Below are positions 49,340 to 60,443 of a stretch of 64,000 nucleotides of DNA, piece by piece. Numbering within the stretch: position 1 is the stretch's first letter; the number at the start of each line of letters is the position of its first letter. Position numbers and translations under genes: made by a program. The stretch covers positions 434,001 to 498,000 of the forward strand of contig BAAIJX010000012.1 in NCBI GenBank assembly GCA_054600435.1. The letters run 5' to 3'. This DNA is from Neophaeotheca triangularis (taxonomy: Eukaryota). The notes below the pieces were generated by a model. The model had not been told where the DNA came from. It searched no databases and saw only the letters and a program-made list of their open reading frames with translations.

Positions 49340-50903
49340 GGCGGAAGGTCGCGCATCTACAGTGGGATGCAATTAGGCCCGATGTGAAGAGGGTGTAGGA
49401 AATAGAAGGGAAAGGAGGTTGCTAAGGGTGTGAGGAGAAGAGGAATGGAGAAGTTCCCACCATGGTAACAAAGCTGTGAAGCTGCTGAGACAAGGGCGTA
49501 TCGCTATGTACACGCCCAGGTCTTGGCCCCGCTCTGGCCGCGCGCTCCGTCAGCAGCGTAAACTTTGACGGAATGGTATGGGAAGACGTCAGCTCCTTGC
49601 AAGGCTGTGTTGTTCACCTCTTCTGCTTGGCTGGTTATAGTTTTGCTTACAAGATGGATTGCCAATCCGGGATCGTGCCGTCGGCGGGCATCAAGTCTGC
49701 TTGACAAGCATTTGGAGTACGCGGCTCGGATCTTTCTACTTTCAGATCCGGTGCTCGCGTTTGACTCGCATTTGTTATCAGATCGGAATGAGCTTTTTCA
49801 ATATGAAGGACAAATGTGCAAATAATTTACTCTCTTCCTGCCTTAAAGGCTACAGAGGAAGTGATGCTCTTTCGGACGGGTTCGGTTCTTCAACACCGCC
49901 TCCCTTGCTGCTTTTGTAGCGTAGCGCGCCGGTAGCAGTAAAAAGTCGTTGCCAGGAACGGACCATCCAAGCCAGAGGTCGGTGAGGTTGGGGAGATCGT
50001 CTGCGCCAGTAGGACCTGCTCCGATGAGGGCCCTTCCTGGTTTGAGACTTGTGAAGAAGCATGCTGTCTGTCTTCGTAGTTGAATAGTTGGCTCCCATCA
50101 TGGCCTCTGGCTTCGTGACCCAGTCTCCTGGTGACGTGTATGGAGGCCGCCGCGAACACTCCATGCTGCACCAAAGTGGAACATACGATGAATGATATAT
50201 TCTTCTAAGTATCCAGTTCGATCAGAAAAGGCGAAGTAGTTGAAGTTTTCCAGACACTGTACCTGGACGCACTTGTCCTACTTAGGGTTGGGGTTTGAGT
50301 GGCAGTCGACCGCACCTCTTCTTTGCTATTGCATCAGCAGCGACACTGCTATTCATTCAAACGTCGAAAGCGATCGTTCGATAGCCCGTATGTTAGAGCG
50401 TGAGAGTATGACGAGTGCCGGCGAAAAGGGGAAATGAGATTTCTACATTGGATCGTTCATTCGGTACAAATTGAGCTTTGCTGGCATCAATCGGCCATTA
50501 TCGACACAATTTTCACGTGCAACGATATGTTACATAGAAAACAAGGAGCCTCCGATAACTAGGTTTGCTGCAAGTTCACGTGTTGCACACCCACATTGAC
50601 TGCGAATGTGCAAAGGGTATTGTAGCGATCGAGCAATGTATAGGCTTCAGGAAAGCCAAAAAACAGTCCCGAGTGCTTTGATCGAGTCTTGCGTTTGAAT
50701 GGCTGTATTCATAACCTTTAGAGACACGTTTAATCCTATGTAGAGAAGATATAGACAGCAGGAAGCAAGATAGACGCAAGGACTATGTGACAAGCAAAAA
50801 ACCAGGGACTGAAGCGCAGCTGATCATGCTCAAGTTAGCCTAGGTAAGGATGCAAAAATGATTACGGGATTATGAAATAACAATGAAACATCAACAAAAA
50901 TGC

Positions 50904-50910
50904 AAAAAAA
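50904..50910 (-). terminator. RNA polymerase III oligo-T terminator (T7) of the tRNA-iMet gene
   Basis: A7 on the + strand is T7 on the - strand, 5 nt after the discriminator base; a second run (T5) follows at 50900-50896. Confidence 0.8.
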
Positions 50911-50915
50911 GTGAG

Positions 50916-51104
50916 TAGCTGAGAATGGTTTCGATCCATTGCCCTCCGGGTTATGAGCCCGGCGCTAAATTGTTTGTCAGGATACATAATTCCCATCTAG
51001 TCAGGGTTCGAACTGATGCATACCGCTTCCGCTGCGCCTATTTTGTCAAGAGTTAATTATAAGTGGAACAAATCAAGGATTTGGAGAGTACTAACCACTC
51101 AGCT
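50916..51104 (-). tRNA. Initiator tRNA-Met(CAT) split into exons 51104-51096, 51037-51024 and 50964-50916 by two GT-AG introns
   Basis: Joined exons read AGCTGAG TG GCGC AGCGGAA GCGC G CCGGG CTCATAA CCCGG AGGGC AATGG ATCGAAA CCATT CTCAGCT A (72 nt). All four stems are fully Watson-Crick paired, with A1:U72, G29-G31:C39-C41, A54/A60 and anticodon CAT at 50955-50953. Confidence 0.93.
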
Positions 51105-52915
51105 AGATGTGTGGTTTGATTGACACATTAGTACATCCCATTAATGTGAGTGATGATAGTGGAATTCGAGGATAATAATATATATCGGTTTTTTTGTAAT
51201 TCTCGCTCCACCTAGGTAATTGAAGTCATCTTGAGAGCCGAATTGCATACACCTCAACATCAAGGCTCAAGCTTCGTTGTAGAGGTCAGCAAGCATCAGG
51301 CTTACTGATAAGTTTAACGCGAAATTAACAAGTTATAGCGCTTATCCAGAACCATAGATAGTCCAGAGTCCTAAGCTTGTAATAAGTAGAAAACATTAGA
51401 AATTCATTATAGAAAAAAAAGGTGTAGGATCCCTTTCATTCTGTAAAAGCACAGATCTCTATACTAATAGTGCCTGTACACTTATTGTTATGATCGGATC
51501 GGCTACATGTAACTAAAGCAGAAACCCGATACAGCAAATCGCCTCACTGCGTCAAAAGAAGATCTCGCGAGATGTCGAGAAACATCAGCCATCGAAGAAA
51601 CAACCGAACGCCGCATCTCTCGCATTCGGTCGACATATGAAATCGACTTCAGAGGCAAAGTGCTCAAGAAAGCGTCGATGATTGACCCGAACTGACAATG
51701 GCACGGAAAAGCTCCCTCCTGACGAAAAAGCAGCTGATCATTGACCAAAGTGTATTCCCCAACGAGTATGCCTTGCTGTAATATTCGAAGCAGTAGAAGC
51801 GTATCGTTCCGGCCGATACTACTTGTCAACTAACGATTGCAGTCGGCATCAGCGTGCAGAGGACGTTTTCTGCCGGATTGACGGAAGCTGGCTTATCGAC
51901 TCTACGATGCTCTGGTACTCTTCAGCCATGTCTTCAATCCTGCCCATGCAGAAAACCGAGACCGTATACGCCCGAGCACAGAAAGTGATGCCGGGATCCA
52001 ACTCGAAGTAGGAGATTGTCCCTGATGATGCCTCGAGCAATGCCTTGATCCGACATTTGGAAGGCTTCTATAGTGGGCAGAGTAGGTCGGCTTTTCAAGC
52101 GAGTGAAAACAGAGATGATTGGGATGCCCTAACCAGCCGAGAAAATCTACACCCGGGCAAAAGACTACTCAAGCATGCTTGTAACCTTACAGTCCCGAGC
52201 CTTGCAGCGATCAAGTCATCTCGAGACTTTAAAGGCAGGAAGGGTAAGGGACATTCAGCGACCAACATCGTCAGAAGTATCTCTTGACCTCGCTTGAAAC
52301 TCGAAGTTCTTTATCCCTGGCATCCTTAAGCTGGATCTGGCGGCTCTGCGCTCGTTCAATGATCTCACAGCAGAGAAAAAAGCGGCTTTAGCTCCCAGCA
52401 TTGAAATTTAGTCCAGGCTCCATGAATCCCAAACCACCGAGCGCGGACGTGGCGGTGGAGGAGGGCTACGCCGCTGTTTTCCAGGTCGGGGACGATATTC
52501 CATCGACTGCGCGCCATTGAACTTCAGCAAGTCGTCAACTTCATTTCTCATCCCTACCCTCAACCACCGTGCCTTCCGTCAGCTCTGCCCGCCCCCCCTG
52601 ACTATTCCCCTCATAACCCCCTTGTGCAGCCCTCTCTAGTTCAAACGCGAATCCATCCTACTAGAAAATTCCCAAAAGAGCCGCTCCAGTCTCCTCTATC
52701 TGCACGATGAGCAAATCGACAAGACGCCAGACGTTAGAGTTGCGTAAAAGCAGAAGCGCCATGGGTTTTGCTACCATCGTCGCGAGAGGTGATGGCGAGG
52801 AACCCCGGCTCCGTGAGCAAAGGCATCTATCGTGCGCAAATGCCCGCCGTCCGTCGTCGGGTGGGAGATGATACAATCAAGATCCCACGAGCTCTTGCTC
52901 CCACGCCTACACGAA

Positions 52916-53170
52916 CCACCGACGGCGACTCCGAAGCGCGGGTCGAGGGCGGAAGCGCAGGCGGCTAGACCCTCGTTGGGGAAGTTGACGGTACGGGTGG
53001 TTTGCGCGATGAGAAAGCCTTCATAACTACCACCTAGCCGCGACATAGCCACCGACGAGGACTCCGAAGCGCGGGTCGAGGGCGGAAGCGCAGGCGGCTA
53101 GACCCTCGTTAGGGAAGTTGACGGTGCGGGTGATTCGCGCGATGAGAAAGTTTTCCAGAGCAATCTCTAG
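52916..53170. repeat. Two-copy tandem duplication, period 133 nt
   Basis: 52916-53017 versus 53049-53150 differ at about 6 of 102 nt; each copy is followed by ctagccgcga. Confidence 0.9.
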
Positions 53171-53964
53171 CCGCGATATTCGTATACTAGGACAAAGGCC
53201 TTCCTTCAAGCGCTTGTACGGACTGAACAAAGACCTGCCCGCACCCTTCCTGGCGCTGAGAGAGAGCTTTTTGACCTCCTAAAGGCTCACCGGAAGCAGG
53301 AGGCAGAGTAACTGCACCGTCGTGTAGAGCGAGCTCCGGCGACAGACAAGGGCCGTGTAGCAGAGGGGTTTATCGTAGAGCGCCGCGCAGCGCCAGCTCG
53401 TTACTACACACCTTGTTGCACACGTTCAGTTGGTCAACCTCTGCCGGCGGCACTTCTCGCGTCGTCAAGTCCTGATCCGTACACTTGTTGATGCAGACGC
53501 TGTTGACTGAGATCTTGGCCAACCTGCGGTAGTCTGGGAAACATTTCTCTTCGCAACCTGCAACAACAGCACCTACCAACATAGCACGCTACGCTTGCTC
53601 AAGCTACTCAGACGCTCAAAAAAGTCCTTTCAAACGTTCAGCTGCTGAAGCTGCTGCCCTCAGCGCTGCTTTATTCAGAGACGAGACTCACTCTGCCTCA
53701 CACACCATCGAACCCTTGCACGGGCAAGCCATGGATCGGCGACCACCCACGTGATCACATATGCCGGGAGTATCTCCTTTGCTCTGAACGCGATCTACTG
53801 TCTCTTGGAAAACCGCAGTGGAGTGCTATTTCACCACCAAGGGCTACGCATCCCTTGTAACTGTTGGCGATTACGTCGCACCCAACGTACAATGCTTTCT
53901 TTTGTCCATCCGAAGGGTTAATCGCGCTATCATCCGACGCACAGCTTCCTTCGTAGCAAAGCCA

Positions 53965-54734
53965 TCAATCCTCATCCGACGAATAGCCCCCGAGCCCAAG
54001 AGCAGGCTGCACAGTTGGCGAGGCCGACTTCTTCTCAAGAGACGTGACAGCAGGCTCAGCTTTTGAAGCAACCTCCTCGCCCTCCACAGAAGGTACTGCA
54101 GTCTCAATCTTCTCCGACGGCTTGAGCGGTGACTTGACCTCTTCCTCTTTCCCCTTCTCTGCCGTGCTAGTCCTTCTAATCTTCACACCACCAATCAATT
54201 CCCTCTCTTTACCCTTCTTCCTCTTCTTCGGCCCAACCTTCCACATGTCCTGCATACCATCCCCCTCTGGCGCCACCTCAACCGGGCCCTCTCTCAAAGC
54301 AGCTTTCTCAGCCTCGTCCCTCTGCTGGCGAAAGAGTGCCAGATCAGCCGCAGTCTGCGCTTTGACCTTTCTAGCCTCCTCCTCTTGCTTAGCAGCAGTA
54401 GCATTCAAGAAATCAATCTCAGCATCATCGAGCGTGGGAAATTGATTCTTCAACTTTGCTGCTTCCTCAAAAGCTTCTTGCTTGGCGGCTTAAGGCACCT
54501 CTGACTCGTCAGTCACGCACAAATGCCCTACTTACTACTCGGTCGAAATCTCAAGTCACCTTTGTTCGCTTGCAGCGTCTCGTACAGCGAAGGGCCATTG
54601 CTGCCTTGCTGCTCGCTTTGGAGCTTCTCCCTCTGTTTCTGCTCGACTTCACGCTCGGCTTTGGACCAAGCTTGGTCGCGCTCAGTCGGGGCCTCGTCGG
54701 TGCCGCCGGAGACGAAGCGTGATGTGGAAGGCAT
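53965..54734 (-). CDS. FAM192A/PSME3IP1/NIP30 (yeast Fyv6) family protein; intron 54559-54489
   Basis: SRFVSGG...SLYETLQANK|AAKQEAFEEAAKLKNQFPTLDDAEIDFL...LALFRQQ; C-terminal LGLGGYSSDED. Confidence 0.88.
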
Positions 54735-54976
54735 CAGGACCGAGAGGGCGCTTCCTCCGGAGGTAACGTTTTGTCGATGGACGTGGGCCTCGGGATAAGA
54801 AGGGAACGGAATTGCAGCCAGACGTCACGGTTATTTTGCCGGCAGTAAAAGCAGGAGAGTGGCGCGACCGAGCGTGGCCTCAACTCGGACGTAGTTTTGA
54901 AGAGATTCAGCCGGAATACGGAAAGCTTCACTGGCTATTTTGCCGCGAGAAGAGACCGGCTCCACATGAGCAAAAA

Positions 54977-55024
54977 GGGAAAGGTGGGAAAGGTGGGAAA
55001 GGTGGGAAAGGTGGGAAAGGTGGG
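54977..55024 (+). repeat. GGG(AAAGGTGGG)5 perfect 9-mer tandem repeat
   Basis: Directly visible in the sequence. Confidence 0.95.
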
Positions 55025-55756
55025 AAAAGATGGAAAAAAGGTGGGTGGAATGGAGACACGTGCGTGCGTGGTGAGGGTTGTGGAGTGTTCGGGTAAGAAA
55101 GAAAGTGGTACGAGCGTGGACGGGCGTGGACGGGCTGTCAGATACAGCATACAGTAGTATACAGTCACACAGTATACAGGCTAAAGAGGAGGAGGCCCAC
55201 AGCAACCGGAGGGGCAGAAGCGGGCTAAGCTACTAGTAAGGTACCTACTAGTAGTAGTACTGCCTACCTACCTACCTACTAGTACCTAACGACGGGACCT
55301 GCTGGTCGACGAGGGGCAGCCGAGGGGCAGACTAGGGCAGGGTAAGGTACCTACAGTACTACCTGGTAGTACTAGTACCCTTGCTATCTTACCTCCTAAG
55401 CCCGCCCGGAGTCCTTGGTGGGGCATTGGCAAGATGACGCTCCAAGCCCCACGCCAGTAAACATGCGCGCGAGCGACGAATGGCAGAGGACCAAGTGCGT
55501 ACCTAAAGTGAGAGCTGCCGCGCCATGATGAAAAGTGAAAGAGTAGGTAGTAGTCGTAGACCAAGTACCTGTGTCAGTAGTGGGTAGCTCCTGCTCCTGC
55601 TCCTGCTCAAAGCTCCCAACTGCAATGCTCAAAACTTTTTGTTGTCGCCTTTCCTCTTCCTTTCCTACAACATCTTCCTCTTCCCTCGTCAAACAACTCC
55701 CACCCAGACATACCACCCTTATACACCACAACAACTTCCACCAATCCACCTTCAAA

Positions 55757-56895
55757 ATGGCAAAGAACTGGACCAAGGAGTCGTTCACTCTGAACACTGT
55801 ACGTTTCCCGCCCTCGCCACCAACTCCTCCATCAACATCATCGACATGATCATCTTCACCACCACCACCACAAATGGAATATCGAATACTAACTACAACT
55901 TCAACAACAGGGCGCTAAGATCCCCGCCGTTGGTCTTGGTACCTGGCAATCCGCCCCCAACGAGGTTCGCACCGCCGTCAAGGCTGCCCTCGACGCTGGC
56001 TACCGCCACATTGACACTGCCCTCGCCTACGGCAACGAGCACGAGGTCGGCCAGGGTATCAAGGACTCTGGTGTCCCCCGTGAGGAGATCTGGATCACCA
56101 CCAAGCTCGACAACCCATGGCACAAGCACGTCGAGGAGGGCATCACCTCCTCCCTCAAGTCCCTCGGCACCGACTACGTTGACCTCTACCTCATGCACTG
56201 GCCTTCTTCCACCGACCCCGAGGACTTGAAGAAGCACTACCCCGACTGGGACTGTAAGTGGAGAAATTAAGCCCATGATTAATTCATTCGAGTTTTTACT
56301 AACTTGTAATTTTTCAGTCGTCAAGACATGGGAGCAGATGCAGAAGATTGGTAGCACCCGCGCCAGGAACATTGGTGTTTCCAACTTCGCCATCAAGAAC
56401 TTGGAGAAGCTCCTCTCGGACTCCACCTGCAAGACTGTCCCCGCCGTCAACCAGGTCGAGCTCCACCCCAACAACCCCAGCCCTAAGCTCGTCGACTTCT
56501 GCAAGGAGAAGAACATCCACTGCACCGCCTACTCCTGCCTCGGCTCCACCAACAGCCCTCTCGCAAAGGACGCCACTCTCCTCGAGATGGCCAAGAGCAA
56601 GGACAAGACTCCCGCTCAGGTTCTGTAAGTCGAGCCACTGCCAGCGAAATTATACAAACGCAACACCCAGCTAACAATATACCCCTTTAACAGCCTCATG
56701 TGGGGTCTCCAGCGCGGTACCTCTGTCATCCCCAAGTCCGTCACCGCTTCCAGGATAGAGGCCAACTACCAGCTCGACGGCTGGTCGCTCACCGACGACG
56801 AGATGAAGAAGCTGTCTGGCTTGCCCGACCGCTTCAAGGTCTGCGGTGACGGCTGGCTCCCCGTCAAGGTCTTCTTCGGTGACGACGAGTACTAG
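55757..56895 (+). CDS. Aldo-keto reductase (Gcy1/Ypr1/glycerol dehydrogenase-like); introns 55799-55910, 56254-56317, 56625-56693
   Basis: FTLNT|GAKIPAVGLGTWQ, GYRHIDTALAYGNE, ITTKL, DLYLMHWP, IGVSNF, NQVELHP, VIPKS. Confidence 0.95.
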
Positions 56896-57167
56896 ATGAG
56901 ACGCGAGAAGAAGAAATGACTGGGCTTGTGCAATCATATCTTGTAGGAGACTCTTGACATTGAGCTCCGTAGACAGATGTACATAACGTTAAGCCTGAAC
57001 ATAAGAAAAGTTCCCTCGTATCATCGACGTTCAAAGTGTAATGGGAAGATACAATTACCTTGATGATGGAAGGCTGTGAGAACTGCAAACAATCACGGAC
57101 ATACACCTTGCGATCATCTAGAAGCCGGTGCTATCCTGGAAGATCCAAGCTAACCTTCACCCTTCCC

Positions 57168-58565
57168 CTACAACTTCGAAGACCCCTTCGGCCTCTCCAA
57201 CTCCTTCGTCTTACGTTCATAATTCTTCGCAAGCTGCCTAACCATCAAATCAAGCATGACATCCTCAGAACCACCCCTACAAACAAACCCAGTTAGCATC
57301 ACGCCCAACACGATAAAAAGGCCAAGTACTCACGGCACGCGATTTCCATTAACCTCCCTCCACATCCTCTCAGCAATCTCCCCCTTACCGGTCCTCGTAA
57401 ACCCATTGCCGCCAAAAAGCAAAACCGCACAATCCGCACACTCCTTCAAAACAATCCCGGCCTGCGCTTTCGCCGCCGCCGTCAAACCCCCCAATTCCCG
57501 ATCCCCCTCCTCTTTGCCCATGACACTCATCTGGAAGACAAACTGCTCCACCCACGCCCACAAGCTCTCAACCAACACCCCGGCCTTGGCCAGCCGATGC
57601 CGCACCACCGGCTGCTCCATCAACTTCTTCCCAAAAGCCTCGCGCTGCAGCACGTAAGCAAAAGCCGCCGAGAGCGCCACTCTCGCCTGCCGCGTGCATC
57701 CGATCGCTATCGTGAGCCGCTCGTGGTTGAAATTCGTCATGATGTAGCGCATGCCCTGGCCCTCGAGCCCGATTAAATTCGTCGCGGGCACTTTGACCTC
57801 GTCCAGCTCCATGTACGTCGTTCCCGCCGAGATTTGCCCCGAGACTTTCAGCCGTCGCATTTCCACGCCCGGCGTGTCCTTTAGCGGCACCAGGAGGAGG
57901 GATAGCCCGGCGGCGCCGCTGTTCTCGTCGCCCGTGCGTACCGCCATGGTGGCGTAGTGGGACCAGATGCCGTTGGTGATCCATTTCTTCGCGCCGTTGA
58001 CGACGTAGTGTTTGCCGTCTGGGGTTTTGGTGGCGGTGGTGCGGATGTTGGCGACGTCGCTGCCGGCGTCGGGCTCGGTGATGGCGATGCAGGCGCGTTT
58101 GCGGCCCGTGAGCAAGTCCGGCAGGTATTGGTCTTGGAGTTGCTGGGAGCCGAATTTGAGGATCGGGGGCACGCCGAAGGCCACGCCGGTCGTCAGACTG
58201 CCGCTGGGGCCCGCGAGACCGGAGCGCAGCATTTCGTCCGTGTAGATGAGGTTGTGGAAGGGGGTGAAGTCTTCGACTTTGACCGTGGCCAGGAGGGTGT
58301 GGATTCCGTTTTTCTTGAGAGCCGTCACGGGCAGGGGAGCGGGCAGGGCTGGGATTAGCATGTTGTGTTTTGCAAAGGTCTCGAAGACGTGGGGCGGGAC
58401 GGTTTCCTCGCGTTCCCAGTCAAAGGCGTGGGGGGTTAGGTGTTCGCCTATGAAGGCGCGGCAGGCTTTTTGCCATTGCCGCAGTTCTGGAGTGTAGTAG
58501 GGGGAGGGTAGACCGGAGAGATAGGGGGGCTCGCTGAAGGGGACTGGGGTTGGGTTGCCTGTCAT
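57168..58565 (-). CDS. Acyl-CoA dehydrogenase with peroxisomal PTS1 (-SKL); intron 57333-57277
   Basis: Start MTGNPTPVPFSEP; CIAITEPDAGSDVA, NGAKKWITNG, NFNHER, QREAFGKKL; spliced end RVP|GGSEDVMLDL...KGSSKL*. Confidence 0.92.
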
Positions 58566-59093
58566 GGTGGGGCTGGATTGGAGATGCGATTGTATTGGAA
58601 CTGTTGGAGATGTGATGATGAGAGGGATTGATCGTTTACTATACCAGTATATCTTTGTATGCTCGGGAGAGGCTTTGCTACATATCATCATCTATACTCA
58701 AGGCATAGGGTCAGTAGTAGTGAAACGGCAAGGCATGCGGAGCTCCTCTATCAACCGAGGGCACATGTCTTGACCTTAACCGACAGAGCCTCCTCTCCTC
58801 CATGATTGATCAATCCTTGGCTTCACGTGCGCGGTCCCAAACCCCACAGTCACACGTACCAACTTACCGCCACGCGCCCAATAATAATCCCTAAAGAGTG
58901 GGGTCGAATCGCCGCGAGGCGTAGGTAACCTCGACGACTGCCCAGATCTAATGCTTGGGAAAGGCGAGGCCGTACTCTGTAACTGCTACTGAACCTCCAA
59001 CATGTGATGACCTTCAACAAACCCTTCCATTCTCAAAACCGCACCAGCTGGAGGACAGCCGAATAACCACCCCAACCTCCACACCACACCACC

Positions 59094-59825
59094 ATGTCCA
59101 GCAAACCCAAACGCCCAAGCCGCCCCCGAAAGTCGTCCTCCTATAGCCGCGCCTCGCTCGCCCTAACCAAAACCCAAGTCGTCATAAACTGCTACGACCT
59201 CCTCCCACCGGGCAAACTCTCCACCCTCCTCTGGACCCTCGGCAGCTCCCTCCTACACAGCGGCGTCGTCATCAACAACCGCGAATACGCCTACGGCGGC
59301 CACGACACCCCCTCCACGACGGGCGTCTACTACACGCGCCCGCGCTTCGAGCCCTCGGGTGCCACTTTCCGCTGCCATGTCCTGCAGGGTTTCACGTTCA
59401 ACACCGAGGCCGAGATCGAGGCCGTGATCCGCGACGTTAGCGAGCAGTTTCTCGGCACGGGTTATAATCTGTTGCATCACAATTGTAATCATTTCACTTC
59501 GGTGCTGTGTGAGAGGTTGACGGGCAGGCCGGCGCCGGCTTGGTTGAATCGCGCGGCGAGGGTGGGCGTGAATGTGCCTTGTGTTGTGCCCGCTGCGTGG
59601 ATTGGCGCGCCGGATTGTGAGACTGCTGAGGGGGAGTTGGTGGATGAGGGGGAGAGTGGGGATGAAGGGGAGGAGGTGGGCATGTTGGCGGCGGAGAGGA
59701 GGAGGGAGAGGAGGGAGGCGCTGCAGCGGGTTGGTGGGGCTGGGGTGAGGGATACGAGTGGTAGGGAGGTGCCTGTGGCTGAGAGAGCGCCGGTGCCGAA
59801 GAGGAGGGGGAGTGGTTCGGGGTAG
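59094..59825 (+). CDS. PPPDE/DeSI-family (DUF862) deubiquitinase/desumoylase
   Basis: VVINCYDL, LHSGVV..REYAYG (catalytic His), YNLLHHNCNHF (catalytic Cys), PAWLNRAA. Confidence 0.9.
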   Translation: MSSKPKRPSRPRKSSSYSRASLALTKTQVVINCYDLLPPGKLSTLLWTLGSSLLHSGVVINNREYAYGGHDTPSTTGVYYTRPRFEPSGATFRCHVLQGFTFNTEAEIEAVIRDVSEQFLGTGYNLLHHNCNHFTSVLCERLTGRPAPAWLNRAARVGVNVPCVVPAAWIGAPDCETAEGELVDEGESGDEGEEVGMLAAERRRERREALQRVGGAGVRDTSGREVPVAERAPVPKRRGSGSG

Positions 59826-60443
59826 TGGTTGGGTTGCTCTGGAAAGATCGTAAGGTGTTGGCGGGAGTTCTGTGCTGTTGCTGCTGTTGCTTTGGCACCG
59901 GGGGATGAATCGATGGCGTGCATGGGCGATTATAGCGTGCTACGTATCTTGAAGGGAATGGGGTGCGAAGGCGTTGGAATGCCACATTAGGATAACGACT
60001 TGACGCAGCGTTGATTCAATTCATTCATCATACCCGGCTTCATCCTCTCAACCCCTTTCGTGGTGACGACAAGCCACTCCAGCCCTTACTGCTTTGGTAG
60101 AGATTCAAAGGCTAACAACGTCCTAGCATAGAGCCACTTGAACGCGGTTAGATGTATCTAGACTTTTGGTTTCATAAAGGACTGCCATATAACGACAGCA
60201 TACTTTTGAAGAAGGCTTGACCTCACAGATGACGAGCCTGTCAGAGGCCACGCAGGTCGGTTTGATCAAAAGAATCTGCTAGGTGGAGATGCCACGAAAT
60301 CGGAGGTGGAAGGTCATTTGAACAGTCGTGATGGACCCCTACAAACATCTCGCTCGAGAGTGAATTTCGTAGACGCCGTTGAAAACCTCCAAATCCGTCC
60401 AGCACACCAGCATATACGCACCTCACGCAAGCATACAAAATAA

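Noticed and set aside
50965..51095. Reading the tRNA insertions as endonuclease-type (canonical or BHB) introns, or as random pseudogene insertions
   Set aside because: Neither is at 37/38 and I could not see bulge-helix-bulge pairing at the junctions. Both have GT, branch and AG signals at exactly the boundaries that restore the cloverleaf, and the exons carry no stem mismatch.
55228..55400. Dense tactagta/ggtacc/taccta motifs suggesting a repeat array or RIP relic
   Set aside because: Irregular low-complexity sequence with no constant repeat-spacer period; similar taccta runs occur in several promoters in this window.
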